NCBI GenBank assembly: GCA_963727525.1
Contig: CAVSGO010000003.1
Coordinates: forward strand, 451,831-515,830
Origin: an uncultured bacterium
GTDB taxonomy: Bacteria > Krumholzibacteriota > Krumholzibacteriia > LZORAL124-64-63
Direction: 5' to 3'
Length of the DNA: 64,000 nt
Position numbers and translations under genes: made by a program. The notes under the pieces were generated by a model. It saw only the letters and a program-made list of their open reading frames with translations. It was not told the origin of the DNA and made no database searches. Numbering within the stretch: the first letter of the stretch is position 1; each line of letters opens with the position of its first letter. Positions 11,005 to 20,005 of the stretch are shown here, one piece after another.

Positions 11005-12585
11005 CTAGTGCTTGGCCGGAAGCATCGCCTTGCCATCGAGCGAATTGTGCTCGAAGCGCATGGCGTTGGTGATCGTGATCCCGTTACCCACGCTCCACGC
11101 GAAGTCGAAGACGTGCCAGTACTCGGGATCGGCCGAGCCCGTGGCGTCGGCCACGTGGTAGACGCGGGTCTGGCCATCGATCTCCAGGGTCACCGTGGCA
11201 CCGGAGTCCACCAGCGGGTACTCGTCGTTCCCGCTGTAGTTGTGCACGTAGTAGCTGTACGTGCCCTGGTAGAACTCGAAGCCGGAGATGACCTCGGGGC
11301 CGTATGACGTGACATCGTCGGTGTCCAGCGCCGTATAGGGGTTGTCGATGAGCGTCCCCGGGTGGCTGTAGTACACCTCGTAGTAGTCGCTGGACGGATC
11401 CCAGGTCGCCGGGATCCAGAGATGCGAGTCGAGGTCAGACGGTTCCGCACCCCATTGCAATGTGATCGAGAAGGCCGGTTCGAGCAGGACCAGCGGGCTG
11501 CTGATCGTGGTGGGGCAGTCGGCGAGCGTGACATCGATGTAGTCGCTGGCGTAGCTGCCCTTCACCGCGCGAACGCGGAAACCCTCATTCACGATACCCC
11601 GCACCGAGAAGTGCCCGCTCGCATCGGTGTAGGCCTCGTCGGCGATCGCGGTGGCGACCCCCTCGGAGATCACGCGCGCCTGGGCGATGGGATGACCGCT
11701 GTCGTCGGCGACCGTGCCCTCGATGCGACAGATCGACTCGACCGCCACGTCCCAGTTCCAGGTGGTGAAGTGGGTGACATCGGCCTCGTAGACGCTGCCG
11801 TTGAGCGTCGCCGTGCCTTCCTCGACCCAGGTGCCGGTCTCGGTGTCGAAGTACCACATGGGCAGTGTGTCAGGGGCGAGGGCCTTGAGGCCGGAACCCA
11901 CGGACATACGCAGGGTCGCCGGATGATCTTCGGCCAGGAACAGCGGTGCCGATTTGTTGGCGTTCATGATGGACACGTCCATGAAGCCGAAGCTCGCCAG
12001 CATCACGGTGCTGCCGTCGGTGCGCTGACCCTCGAAATCGCCGGGGAAGGCGCCATAGAAACCGGCATCGCCCGGCATCATGCCGGCGATCTCCACCGTC
12101 ACCTGGCCCGCGTACGGGCTGCCGCTGCCATCAACGAAGGCGTTGGCATCGAAGGTGACGCTGGCGTCACCGCCGAGGATGCTCACGTTGCCACCGGTGG
12201 ATGCGTCCACTTCCTGCGTCTGCACGCCGAGCATCGCCACGTCGAGCAGATGGGTGGTCTGGTTCGCCAGGACCGTCGCCGTCTGGTAGCCGACGATGTA
12301 TCCGGCCTGCGTGAAGCTCAAGATCGCCGTGCCTGGAGCGATGTCCGTGAGGACGAAGTAACCGTCCTGGTTGGTCGTCGTGATATGCGACGTGCCGGTT
12401 GCCACAACCACGCCGTCCAGCGGATTGCCGGCGGCATCGCTCACGACGCCCGACACCGTACCGTTGTGATTCGTCACGGGGGGAGGGGTGATGGTATTGT
12501 CATTGTTGTCGTCGCCGCCGCATCCCGCCGCGAAGGCGAGTAGGAGGGCAAGGGCGATGGTCAGGAAGGGCTTGGACCTGTTCAT
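11005..12585 (-). CDS. Lipoprotein with carboxypeptidase-regulatory-like Ig domains, ZU5-like central domain and YfaP-like C-terminal domain
   Basis: Lipobox FAAGC; TTNQDGYF; WYFDTETGTWVEEG...VTHFTTWNWD; LQW...DLDSHL...DTDDVTSYGPE; AAGGAG RBS. Confidence 0.75.
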   Translation of the reverse strand: MNRSKPFLTIALALLLAFAAGCGGDDNNDNTITPPPVTNHNGTVSGVVSDAAGNPLDGVVVATGTSHITTTNQDGYFVLTDIAPGTAILSFTQAGYIVGYQTATVLANQTTHLLDVAMLGVQTQEVDASTGGNVSILGGDASVTFDANAFVDGSGSPYAGQVTVEIAGMMPGDAGFYGAFPGDFEGQRTDGSTVMLASFGFMDVSIMNANKSAPLFLAEDHPATLRMSVGSGLKALAPDTLPMWYFDTETGTWVEEGTATLNGSVYEADVTHFTTWNWDVAVESICRIEGTVADDSGHPIAQARVISEGVATAIADEAYTDASGHFSVRGIVNEGFRVRAVKGSYASDYIDVTLADCPTTISSPLVLLEPAFSITLQWGAEPSDLDSHLWIPATWDPSSDYYEVYYSHPGTLIDNPYTALDTDDVTSYGPEVISGFEFYQGTYSYYVHNYSGNDEYPLVDSGATVTLEIDGQTRVYHVADATGSADPEYWHVFDFAWSVGNGITITNAMRFEHNSLDGKAMLPAKH

Positions 12586-12774
12586 ACGGATTTTCTCCTT
12601 GAAGACAGCCCGCTGGGCCTCTGGCATCGAGGCGAGAGTACGACGATCGGCTAAAAACAACGATTCTCAAGTAGATTTTACATTCCGGCCGATCGAGGCC
12701 TGCGGAGACCCGGTGCCGCGTTATCATGACGGAGTGTCGTGCTCTTCCTGGTGATTGCCCGCAGGAGGCTTGCC

Positions 12775-14997
12775 ATGCCCCGGTTCGCCCGTCTTTCGGT
12801 CCTCCACGCTGCCGCGCTGCTCCTGTTCCTCCTCGTGTGCGCCTCGGCTTCCGCTGCCGGCGTCACCGCCACGCTCCAGCAGGCCCTCGCAGAGCTCGAC
12901 GTGCCTATCCTGGCTGATCGGGCGCTGCCGCTGGCGCATCTCGAGGAACTGGATGGAGCGGCCGGGGGGCCGGCGATCGACGCGGGGCGATTCCGGGTGG
13001 CCGTGGACGAGCTCGAGCGCGCATCGGTGCCGCCGCTGGGATGGCCGACGGTGGCGGAATTGCGAGACCAGGGGCGCGGCGGGGACTTGGTGCCGATCGC
13101 GCTGCTCGATGTGGCATATGCACGCCTGCGCGATGATGTGCTCGCGCGGGGGGTGCTGGTGGCCGATGGAACGCGTCTGGTGCCGGTACCGGGGGCAACT
13201 GTCGATGATCTCACCGTACCGGCTCGGGCCTTCGCCGCGGCTGCGCTCGTGGAGCGGACGTATCACGGGGCGCGGGTGGCATTCGTGGTGCCGCGCGATC
13301 TCGTCCTCACGGCCGGCGGCGCAGCACCCGTGTCGCTCACCGTGGACGCCGACGACGGGAACGGTTTCCGCGCGGTGACGCCCGGCACCGTCTTCACCGC
13401 ATCCTACGTCTCCACGGGGCGACACATCCTGGTGGTCCGGTCAGCCGGCATGGACGGCGTCGTACGCGAGGCGCGCGCGTCCTTCACGGTGGAGGCCCTC
13501 GTCACCCCACCGCCCAGCGAAACGTGGCCGCTCACGGCCACCACGTCCTACGCGGGCGCCGTGGCCACGGGAGAAGCCTACGTGTACCTGGCCGACGGGC
13601 ACGCGACGGTCACCAATCCCATCGTCGTGGTGGAGGGCTTCGACATCGACAACAGCCTGAACTGGGACGGCCTGTACGCGCTGCTCAACCAGGAGAACTT
13701 GCTCGAGGACCTGCGCAGCGAGGGCTACGACGGCGTGGTGCTCAACTTCACCGACTCCACCGACTATATCCAGCGCAACGCCTACCTGCTGCAGACACTG
13801 CTGGCTCAGGTGTCGGCCATGCTACCGGCCGGACAGACGTACCCGCTGGCGGGCGCGAGCATGGGCGGTCTGGTGAGTCGCTATGCGCTGGCGTCGCTGG
13901 AAGCAGGCGGGTCGCCGGATCCAGTGAGCACGTTCATCTCGCTGGACGGGGCGCAGAACGGCGCCGACGTGCCCCTGGGCATCCAGTACTGGCTCGACTT
14001 CTTCCAGGACGAGTCGAGCGACGCGGCCTACCTGCTCAGCCGCCTCGACACGCCGGCCGCGCGGCAGATGCTGGTGTACCACCACACCTCGCCGCCCGGA
14101 GCCACGGGCGAGAGCGACCCGCTGCGCGGCGTACTGCAGGGCGAACTGGCGTCGCTGGGCGAGTACCCCACGGCGCCGCGGCTCGTGGCCGTGGCCAATG
14201 GCAGCGGCAGCATGCAGGACCAGGGCTTCGCTCCCGGCGCGCAGATCATCGCCTGGAACTACTCCAGCCTTCTCGTGGACATCACCGGCAACGTGTGGGC
14301 CGTGCCGGATGGCTCGAGCACGCAGATCCTCGACGGCGTCATCAACCTCATCTGGCCGCTGCCCGACTCGTCGCTGCAGGTGACGGTGAGCGGCACGCTG
14401 CCCTGGGACGGCGCGCCCGGCGGTTGGCGCGACTCGATGGCGCAGATGGACGCGGTGTCGGCGCCGTATGGCGACATCGTGGCCCTGCACGCCAACCACT
14501 GCTTCATCCCGGTACGCAGCTCCCTCGACCTCGACGTCACCGATCCTTTCTACGACGTGGCGGGCGATCCGGACATTCTCGCGCATACGCCCTTCGACGC
14601 CGTCTACTTCCCGGTGGCCAACCAGGAGCACGTACTCATCACGGCGCAGAACAAGATCTGGATCCTCGACGAGGTCCAGAGCCCCTCGACCGCGGCGCCG
14701 GAAGGCGCGGCGGTGGCCGCCCGGCCCGCGCTGCTGGGCAATTATCCCAACCCGTTCAATCCGCGCACCACGATCGCCTTCTCGTTGCCGGCTGCGGGGC
14801 ACGCGCGCCTGGCCGTGTACGACGTCCGCGGGGCGCTCGTCACCGTGCTCGCCGACGACGATCTGGCAGCCGGCCGTCACGCGGTGGCCTGGCAGGGGTG
14901 CGATGCGGCCGGTCACGCCGTGGCGGCGGGCACGTACGTGTATCGTCTCGAGGCTGCCGGTGCCGTGGCCAGCGGCCGTCTGGCGCTGGTCAAATGA
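12775..14997 (+). CDS. Secreted alpha/beta hydrolase (lipase/esterase-like) with FlgD-Ig CTD
   Basis: Signal peptide; PIVVVEGFD; nucleophile elbow GASMGG; NQEH near end of catalytic domain; NYPNPFNP tail; AGGAGG RBS. Confidence 0.75.
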   Translation: MPRFARLSVLHAAALLLFLLVCASASAAGVTATLQQALAELDVPILADRALPLAHLEELDGAAGGPAIDAGRFRVAVDELERASVPPLGWPTVAELRDQGRGGDLVPIALLDVAYARLRDDVLARGVLVADGTRLVPVPGATVDDLTVPARAFAAAALVERTYHGARVAFVVPRDLVLTAGGAAPVSLTVDADDGNGFRAVTPGTVFTASYVSTGRHILVVRSAGMDGVVREARASFTVEALVTPPPSETWPLTATTSYAGAVATGEAYVYLADGHATVTNPIVVVEGFDIDNSLNWDGLYALLNQENLLEDLRSEGYDGVVLNFTDSTDYIQRNAYLLQTLLAQVSAMLPAGQTYPLAGASMGGLVSRYALASLEAGGSPDPVSTFISLDGAQNGADVPLGIQYWLDFFQDESSDAAYLLSRLDTPAARQMLVYHHTSPPGATGESDPLRGVLQGELASLGEYPTAPRLVAVANGSGSMQDQGFAPGAQIIAWNYSSLLVDITGNVWAVPDGSSTQILDGVINLIWPLPDSSLQVTVSGTLPWDGAPGGWRDSMAQMDAVSAPYGDIVALHANHCFIPVRSSLDLDVTDPFYDVAGDPDILAHTPFDAVYFPVANQEHVLITAQNKIWILDEVQSPSTAAPEGAAVAARPALLGNYPNPFNPRTTIAFSLPAAGHARLAVYDVRGALVTVLADDDLAAGRHAVAWQGCDAAGHAVAAGTYVYRLEAAGAVASGRLALVK

Positions 14998-15323
14998 CGA
15001 CGCTGCGCGCACCCGGGCGCACGACCTCTTCATCGATCGCTGCGATGCGCTGAGCCAGGCCATGGCGGCCACCGGCGAGGACAACCGCTGGCGCCTGGAC
15101 ATCGGAACCGACCGCAAGGCGATCGGTGACTTCGCCGGCCTCCTGCATTGCCTGCGGGGAATCGCGGCCTGGTCGCAAGGGCTTGTGCTGTAATGAGTTG
15201 CCGGTTCATCCCGGCACGGCAACGTACGCGCTCAGGGATTTTCTGCATCACGTTCCATCATGTGCTATGATTATATGCGGTGTTCGCCCGGGTTTTCTTC
15301 TCAGGCCAGCGAGGTATCACGTC

Positions 15324-16547
15324 GTGCGACGGATCATTCTGATCGCGTGTGTCGCGGTGTTCGCGGTCTCGGCGACGGCCGCCGAGATCACCATGATGAA
15401 CTGGAACCTGCTCAACTTCCCGGGTTCCACCGGTACCGCGCGGGTGCCCTACATGCAGACGGTGGTCGCCGCCGCCATGCCCGATTTCATGGCCTGCGAG
15501 GAGGTCATCGGGGTGACCGGTCGCAACATGTTCCTGAACAGCGTACTCAACGCCGTCGATCCCGGCGAGTGGACGGCGGCGCCGTTCCACGATGGCTACG
15601 ACTCCGACCGCGCCCTCTTCTATCGCACATCCAAGCTCGAGGTGGTCGACTCCGGATGGCTGGAAACCGATCTGCGCACGATCGACTGGTGGCAGCTGCG
15701 TGACGTCGACTCGCAGACCGAGTTCCGCATCTTCACCATGCACTTGAAGGCGAGTTCGGGTTCGTCGGAGGAACAGCAGCGACTGGTCGAGGTCACGGCG
15801 CTGCGCAACTATATGGACTCGTTGCCGGCGGACTTGCCGATCGCCGTATCGGGCGACTACAACGTCTACTACTCCGGCGAGCCGGCGTACCAGGAGCTGC
15901 TGTCGGCGGGCACCGGACAGCTCTTCGATCCGATCAATCGCCCCGGCAACTGGCACAACAACGCGGCCTTCGCGGACATCCACACGCAGAGCACGCGGAC
16001 GGCGCAGTTCGGCGGTGGGGCCACCGGCGGCCTGGACGATCGCTTCGATCAGATCCTCGTGACCAACGACTTCCTCGACGGCCAGGGTGCCGAGATCCTG
16101 GTCGACACCTACGAGGCCTACGGCAACGACGGTCAGCACTTCAACCAGGCCATCATCGATGGCGGCAATAGCGCCGTGCCGCCTGAGGTGGCCGAGGGCC
16201 TCTACCAGTCGAGCGATCACCTCCCGGTGCGCGTGCACTTCACCTTCCCGTCGACCGGCACCGACGTCGCCTCGCTCACGCCCAGCGTGCCCGTGCTGCG
16301 CGCCTGGCCCAACCCGTTCAACCCGATGGTCTCGCTGCGCATCGATGCGCCCGGTGCCGGCAGCGTGGACCTGCAGGTCTACGACATCGCTGGCCGGCCC
16401 GTGGCCAATCTGCTACGCGGCGCCGCCGGCGCCGACGGTCAGACCGTCACCTGGCAGCCGGCCGACCTGCCCTCGGGCACGTACTTCGCGCGTCTGAGCG
16501 GCGACGGTCGCACCCTGGCCACCACGAAGCTGCTGTTGCTGAAGTAG
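15324..16547 (+). CDS. Secreted endonuclease/exonuclease/phosphatase (EEP) family protein with C-terminal sorting domain
   Basis: NWNLLN, HLKA, GDYN, DRFDQIL, SDHLPV motifs; PNPFNP tail. Confidence 0.88.
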   Translation: MRRIILIACVAVFAVSATAAEITMMNWNLLNFPGSTGTARVPYMQTVVAAAMPDFMACEEVIGVTGRNMFLNSVLNAVDPGEWTAAPFHDGYDSDRALFYRTSKLEVVDSGWLETDLRTIDWWQLRDVDSQTEFRIFTMHLKASSGSSEEQQRLVEVTALRNYMDSLPADLPIAVSGDYNVYYSGEPAYQELLSAGTGQLFDPINRPGNWHNNAAFADIHTQSTRTAQFGGGATGGLDDRFDQILVTNDFLDGQGAEILVDTYEAYGNDGQHFNQAIIDGGNSAVPPEVAEGLYQSSDHLPVRVHFTFPSTGTDVASLTPSVPVLRAWPNPFNPMVSLRIDAPGAGSVDLQVYDIAGRPVANLLRGAAGADGQTVTWQPADLPSGTYFARLSGDGRTLATTKLLLLK

Positions 16548-16575
16548 CACGACGCGCCACCCCTGACGCTCGTCG

Positions 16576-16610
16576 CGACGGCCCGCTGCTCAGGCGGGCC
16601 GTCGTGTTTC
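16576..16610 (+). terminator. Rho-independent terminator-like hairpin
   Basis: CGACGGCCCGC-N7-GCGGGCCGTCG followed by TGTTTC. Confidence 0.6.
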
Positions 16611-16728
16611 TCGCTACTCTGACTTGGCTCGTTCAGTACAACGTCGCTAGCCTGTGAGCAGAATCCCGTGTCCGGCCATGCGAGCCGGCGATGCGCTGTG
16701 GTGGCCCTTCCGGAGGTCGGTGCACCCG

Positions 16729-17955
16729 ATGGATGTCCTCATGCTCTCCAAGGAATATCCCCCGCACGTTTACGGCGGCGCGGGGGTGCATGTGGAGCAT
16801 CTCGCGCGCGAGATGGCGCGGCTGGTGACGGTCCGGGTGATGTGTTTCGGTGATCAGGCCGAACCCGACGCCAACCCGGCCGTCCGTGGCGTGGTGCCGG
16901 CGAACAAGGCGTTCGCGGACAACCCCCGGCGCGCGCGGGCGGCGCTCGCGGCTCTGGCCACCGATCTCGCCATGATGGCGTCGCCGCCCGAAGCCGATGT
17001 GGTGCACTGCCACACCTGGTACACCCATTTCGCGGGCGTACTGGCGCGGCTCGCCTATGGTGCGCCGCTCGTGGTGACGGTGCACTCGCTGGAGCCGCTG
17101 CGGCCCTGGAAACGCGAGCAACTTGGGCGCGGGTACGACGTGTCGAGCTGGATCGAGCGGCAGGCGCTTCAGCATGCCGACGCCGTGATCGCCGTCTCTC
17201 ACCACGATCACCGCCAGATCATCGACCTCTTCGACGTGGCGTCGGACCGCGTGTCGGTGGTGCCCAACGGTATCGATCCCGAGATCTACCGGCCCGTGCG
17301 CGATCCGGGCACTCTGCGCGAGTACGGTGTGAATCCCGACGTGCCGTACGTGCTGTTCCTGGGGCGGATCACACGACAGAAAGGCATCGGCCACTTCCTG
17401 GCCGCCGCGCGCCGGTTGCCGCGCGACGTGCAGGTGGTGCTGTGCGCCGGCGGCGCCGACACGGACGAGCTGGCGAACGAGGTGGTGTCCGCGGTCGACG
17501 ATCTGCGCGCCGAGCGGCCCCACGTGACGTGGATCCAGGAGATGGTGCCGCGCTCGGTGGCGGCCGCGCTCTACAGCCATGCCGCCGTGTTTTGTTGCCC
17601 GTCGATCTACGAACCCTTCGGCATCATCAATCTCGAGGCCATGGCCTGCGAGACGCCGGTGGTGGCGAGCCGCGTGGGTGGAATTCCGGACATCGTGATC
17701 CCCGGCGAGACCGGCGAGCTGGTGCCGTTCTCGCCGCGCTCGGATAGCGATCCCGAGCCCGCCGATCCGCAGGCCTTCGCCGCCGCGCTCGCGGAAGCCA
17801 TGGCGTCGCTGATCGCCGATCCCGAGCGTCGTCGGCGGCAGGGCGAGGCCGGGCGCCAGCGCGTGATCGCCGAATTCGGCTGGGATGCCGTCGCGCGCAA
17901 GGTCCACGCCATCTACGAGCGCGTCATCGCGGCAGCGAAGGAGTCGTCCGTATGA
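16729..17955 (+). CDS. glgA: GT4 glycogen synthase / alpha-maltose-1-phosphate synthase (actinobacterial GlgA/GlgM type)
   Basis: KEYPPHVYGGAGVHV, HCHTWY, HSLEPLRPWKREQLG, GRITRQKG, PSIYEPFGIINLEAMA. Confidence 0.92.
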   Translation: MDVLMLSKEYPPHVYGGAGVHVEHLAREMARLVTVRVMCFGDQAEPDANPAVRGVVPANKAFADNPRRARAALAALATDLAMMASPPEADVVHCHTWYTHFAGVLARLAYGAPLVVTVHSLEPLRPWKREQLGRGYDVSSWIERQALQHADAVIAVSHHDHRQIIDLFDVASDRVSVVPNGIDPEIYRPVRDPGTLREYGVNPDVPYVLFLGRITRQKGIGHFLAAARRLPRDVQVVLCAGGADTDELANEVVSAVDDLRAERPHVTWIQEMVPRSVAAALYSHAAVFCCPSIYEPFGIINLEAMACETPVVASRVGGIPDIVIPGETGELVPFSPRSDSDPEPADPQAFAAALAEAMASLIADPERRRRQGEAGRQRVIAEFGWDAVARKVHAIYERVIAAAKESSV

Positions 17956-19961
17956 GTCGCCGTGCCGATCTTCCGCCAGTCCCCGACCTCGCCGATACCG
18001 GGCGCGTCTGGCTCGAAAATCTCCAGCCCTGCAGCGAGCATGGTCGTTTCCCGATCAAGCGGGTCGTGGGCGAGACGGTGACCGTGTCGATCGACGCCGT
18101 GGTCGACGGCCATGACCGGATCACCCTCGCGCTGCGGCATCGGCGCACGGGGGACGACACGTGGACCGAGGCGCCCATGCACCACGTGGACAACGACCGC
18201 TGGGAAGGCGCTTTCATCGTGACCGCGCTCCATCCGCACGAGTACACGGTGGCCGGCTGGGTGGACCACTATGCGTCGTGGCTCGATGGCGTGCAGAAGA
18301 AGGCGGCGGTTGGGCAGGATGTGACCCTGGAACTGCTCGACGGCGCGCGTCTCGTGTCGGAGGCGGCAGAGCGTGCCGAAAGGCCCGACCGCACGCTGCT
18401 CGATGCTGCGGCGGTCGAGCTGGCGTCGGATCTGGCTCCGTCAGAACGTCTGGTGCGAGCGGCGTCGGCCAATCTGGTGGCCATGGTGCGCCGGCACGCC
18501 GACCGCAGCCGGCAGACGACATACGCTCACGTGTTCGCGGTGGACGTGGCTCGCGAGCGGGCGCGAACCGGCGCGTGGTACGAGTTCTTCCCGCGCTCGG
18601 CAGCCGCCGAGCTGGGCGGCGGCGGGCTGCGCACGGCGGCGCGACGATTGCCGGCGGTGGCGGCGATGGGATTCGACGTGGTGTATCTGCCGCCGATCCA
18701 CCCGATCGGCCGCCGCTTCCGCAAGGGACCCAACAACACACTCGAAGCGGGGCCCGACGATCCGGGCAGCCCCTGGGCCATCGGCGCCGAGGAGGGCGGT
18801 CACACGGCCATCCACCCGGAACTGGGCGATCTCGACGACCTCGCCCACTTCCTGCGCGTGGCCGCCACACATCGTCTGGAAGTGGCCATGGACATCGCCT
18901 TCCAGTGCGCGCCCGACCACCCGTGGGTGAAGGAACGCCCGAGCTTCTTCAAGCACCGTCCCGACGGCACGGTGCAGTACGCCGAGAATCCGCCCAAGAA
19001 ATACCAGGACATCTATCCCCTCGACTTCGAGAGCCGCGACTGGCAGGCCCTGTGGGAAGCGCTGTACGACGTGATCGCGTTCTGGTGCGAGCAGGGCGTG
19101 CGCATCTTCCGTGTCGACAATCCGCACACCAAGCCCATCCGCTTCTGGCAGTGGGTGATCGCGCGCATCAAGCGCACCTGGCCCGAGGCGGTGTTCCTCG
19201 CCGAGGCCTTCACGCGGCCCAAGCTCATGTACGCCCTGGCCAAGGCGGGTTTCGATCAGTCGTACACCTACTTCACCTGGCGCAACGGCGGTCAGGAGCT
19301 GCGGTGGTATCTGGAGGAACTGACGAACCCGCCGGCGAGCGACATCTACCGTCCCAATTTCTTCACCAACACGCCCGACATCCTGCCGCAATACCTGCAG
19401 TTCGGCGGGCCGGCCGCGTTCAAGGTGCGGCTGGTGCTGGCGGCGACGCTGGCGGCGAGCTACGGCATCTACAGCGGCTTCGAGCTGTGCGAGAACGAGG
19501 CGCTGCCTGGCGGCGAGGAGTATCACGCATCGGAGAAATTCGAGGTACGCATACGCGACTGGGACCGCCCCGGCTCCCTCGCTCCGCTGATCACGGCGGT
19601 CAACGCCATCCGGCGCGAGAACCCGGCGCTACTGCGTAACGACGGCCTGCGCTTCCATCCCACGAGCGACGAGCAGATCCTCTGCTACAGCCGCACCACG
19701 CCCGGCGAGGCCGATACCCTGATCACCGTGGTGAACCTCGACCCGCACCACGCCCACGCGGCGTGGGTCACGCTGCCGCTGGCCGATCTCGGCCTGGGCC
19801 CGCGCGACAATTACCAGCTCCACGATTTGCTTGCAGATGAGCGGTTCCTTTGGCAGGGGGAACGCAACTACGTCGAGCTCGCACCCGACACCGTGCCCGC
19901 GCGCATCTTCCGCTTGCGCCGGCATGTGCGGACCGAGCGCGACTTCGATTACTACATGTAG
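17952..19961 (+). CDS. glgE: Alpha-1,4-glucan:maltose-1-phosphate maltosyltransferase (GH13_3)
   Basis: WYEFFPRS, YLPPIHPIG, YAENPPKKYQDIYP, FRVDNPHTKP, FLAEAFTRP, NTPDIL; ATGA overlap with glgA. Confidence 0.96.
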   Translation: MSRRADLPPVPDLADTGRVWLENLQPCSEHGRFPIKRVVGETVTVSIDAVVDGHDRITLALRHRRTGDDTWTEAPMHHVDNDRWEGAFIVTALHPHEYTVAGWVDHYASWLDGVQKKAAVGQDVTLELLDGARLVSEAAERAERPDRTLLDAAAVELASDLAPSERLVRAASANLVAMVRRHADRSRQTTYAHVFAVDVARERARTGAWYEFFPRSAAAELGGGGLRTAARRLPAVAAMGFDVVYLPPIHPIGRRFRKGPNNTLEAGPDDPGSPWAIGAEEGGHTAIHPELGDLDDLAHFLRVAATHRLEVAMDIAFQCAPDHPWVKERPSFFKHRPDGTVQYAENPPKKYQDIYPLDFESRDWQALWEALYDVIAFWCEQGVRIFRVDNPHTKPIRFWQWVIARIKRTWPEAVFLAEAFTRPKLMYALAKAGFDQSYTYFTWRNGGQELRWYLEELTNPPASDIYRPNFFTNTPDILPQYLQFGGPAAFKVRLVLAATLAASYGIYSGFELCENEALPGGEEYHASEKFEVRIRDWDRPGSLAPLITAVNAIRRENPALLRNDGLRFHPTSDEQILCYSRTTPGEADTLITVVNLDPHHAHAAWVTLPLADLGLGPRDNYQLHDLLADERFLWQGERNYVELAPDTVPARIFRLRRHVRTERDFDYYM

Positions 19962-20005
19962 CCGGCCTGCGACAATTTTTGCGGACTTTGAGGAGGATCG
20001 ACCCG

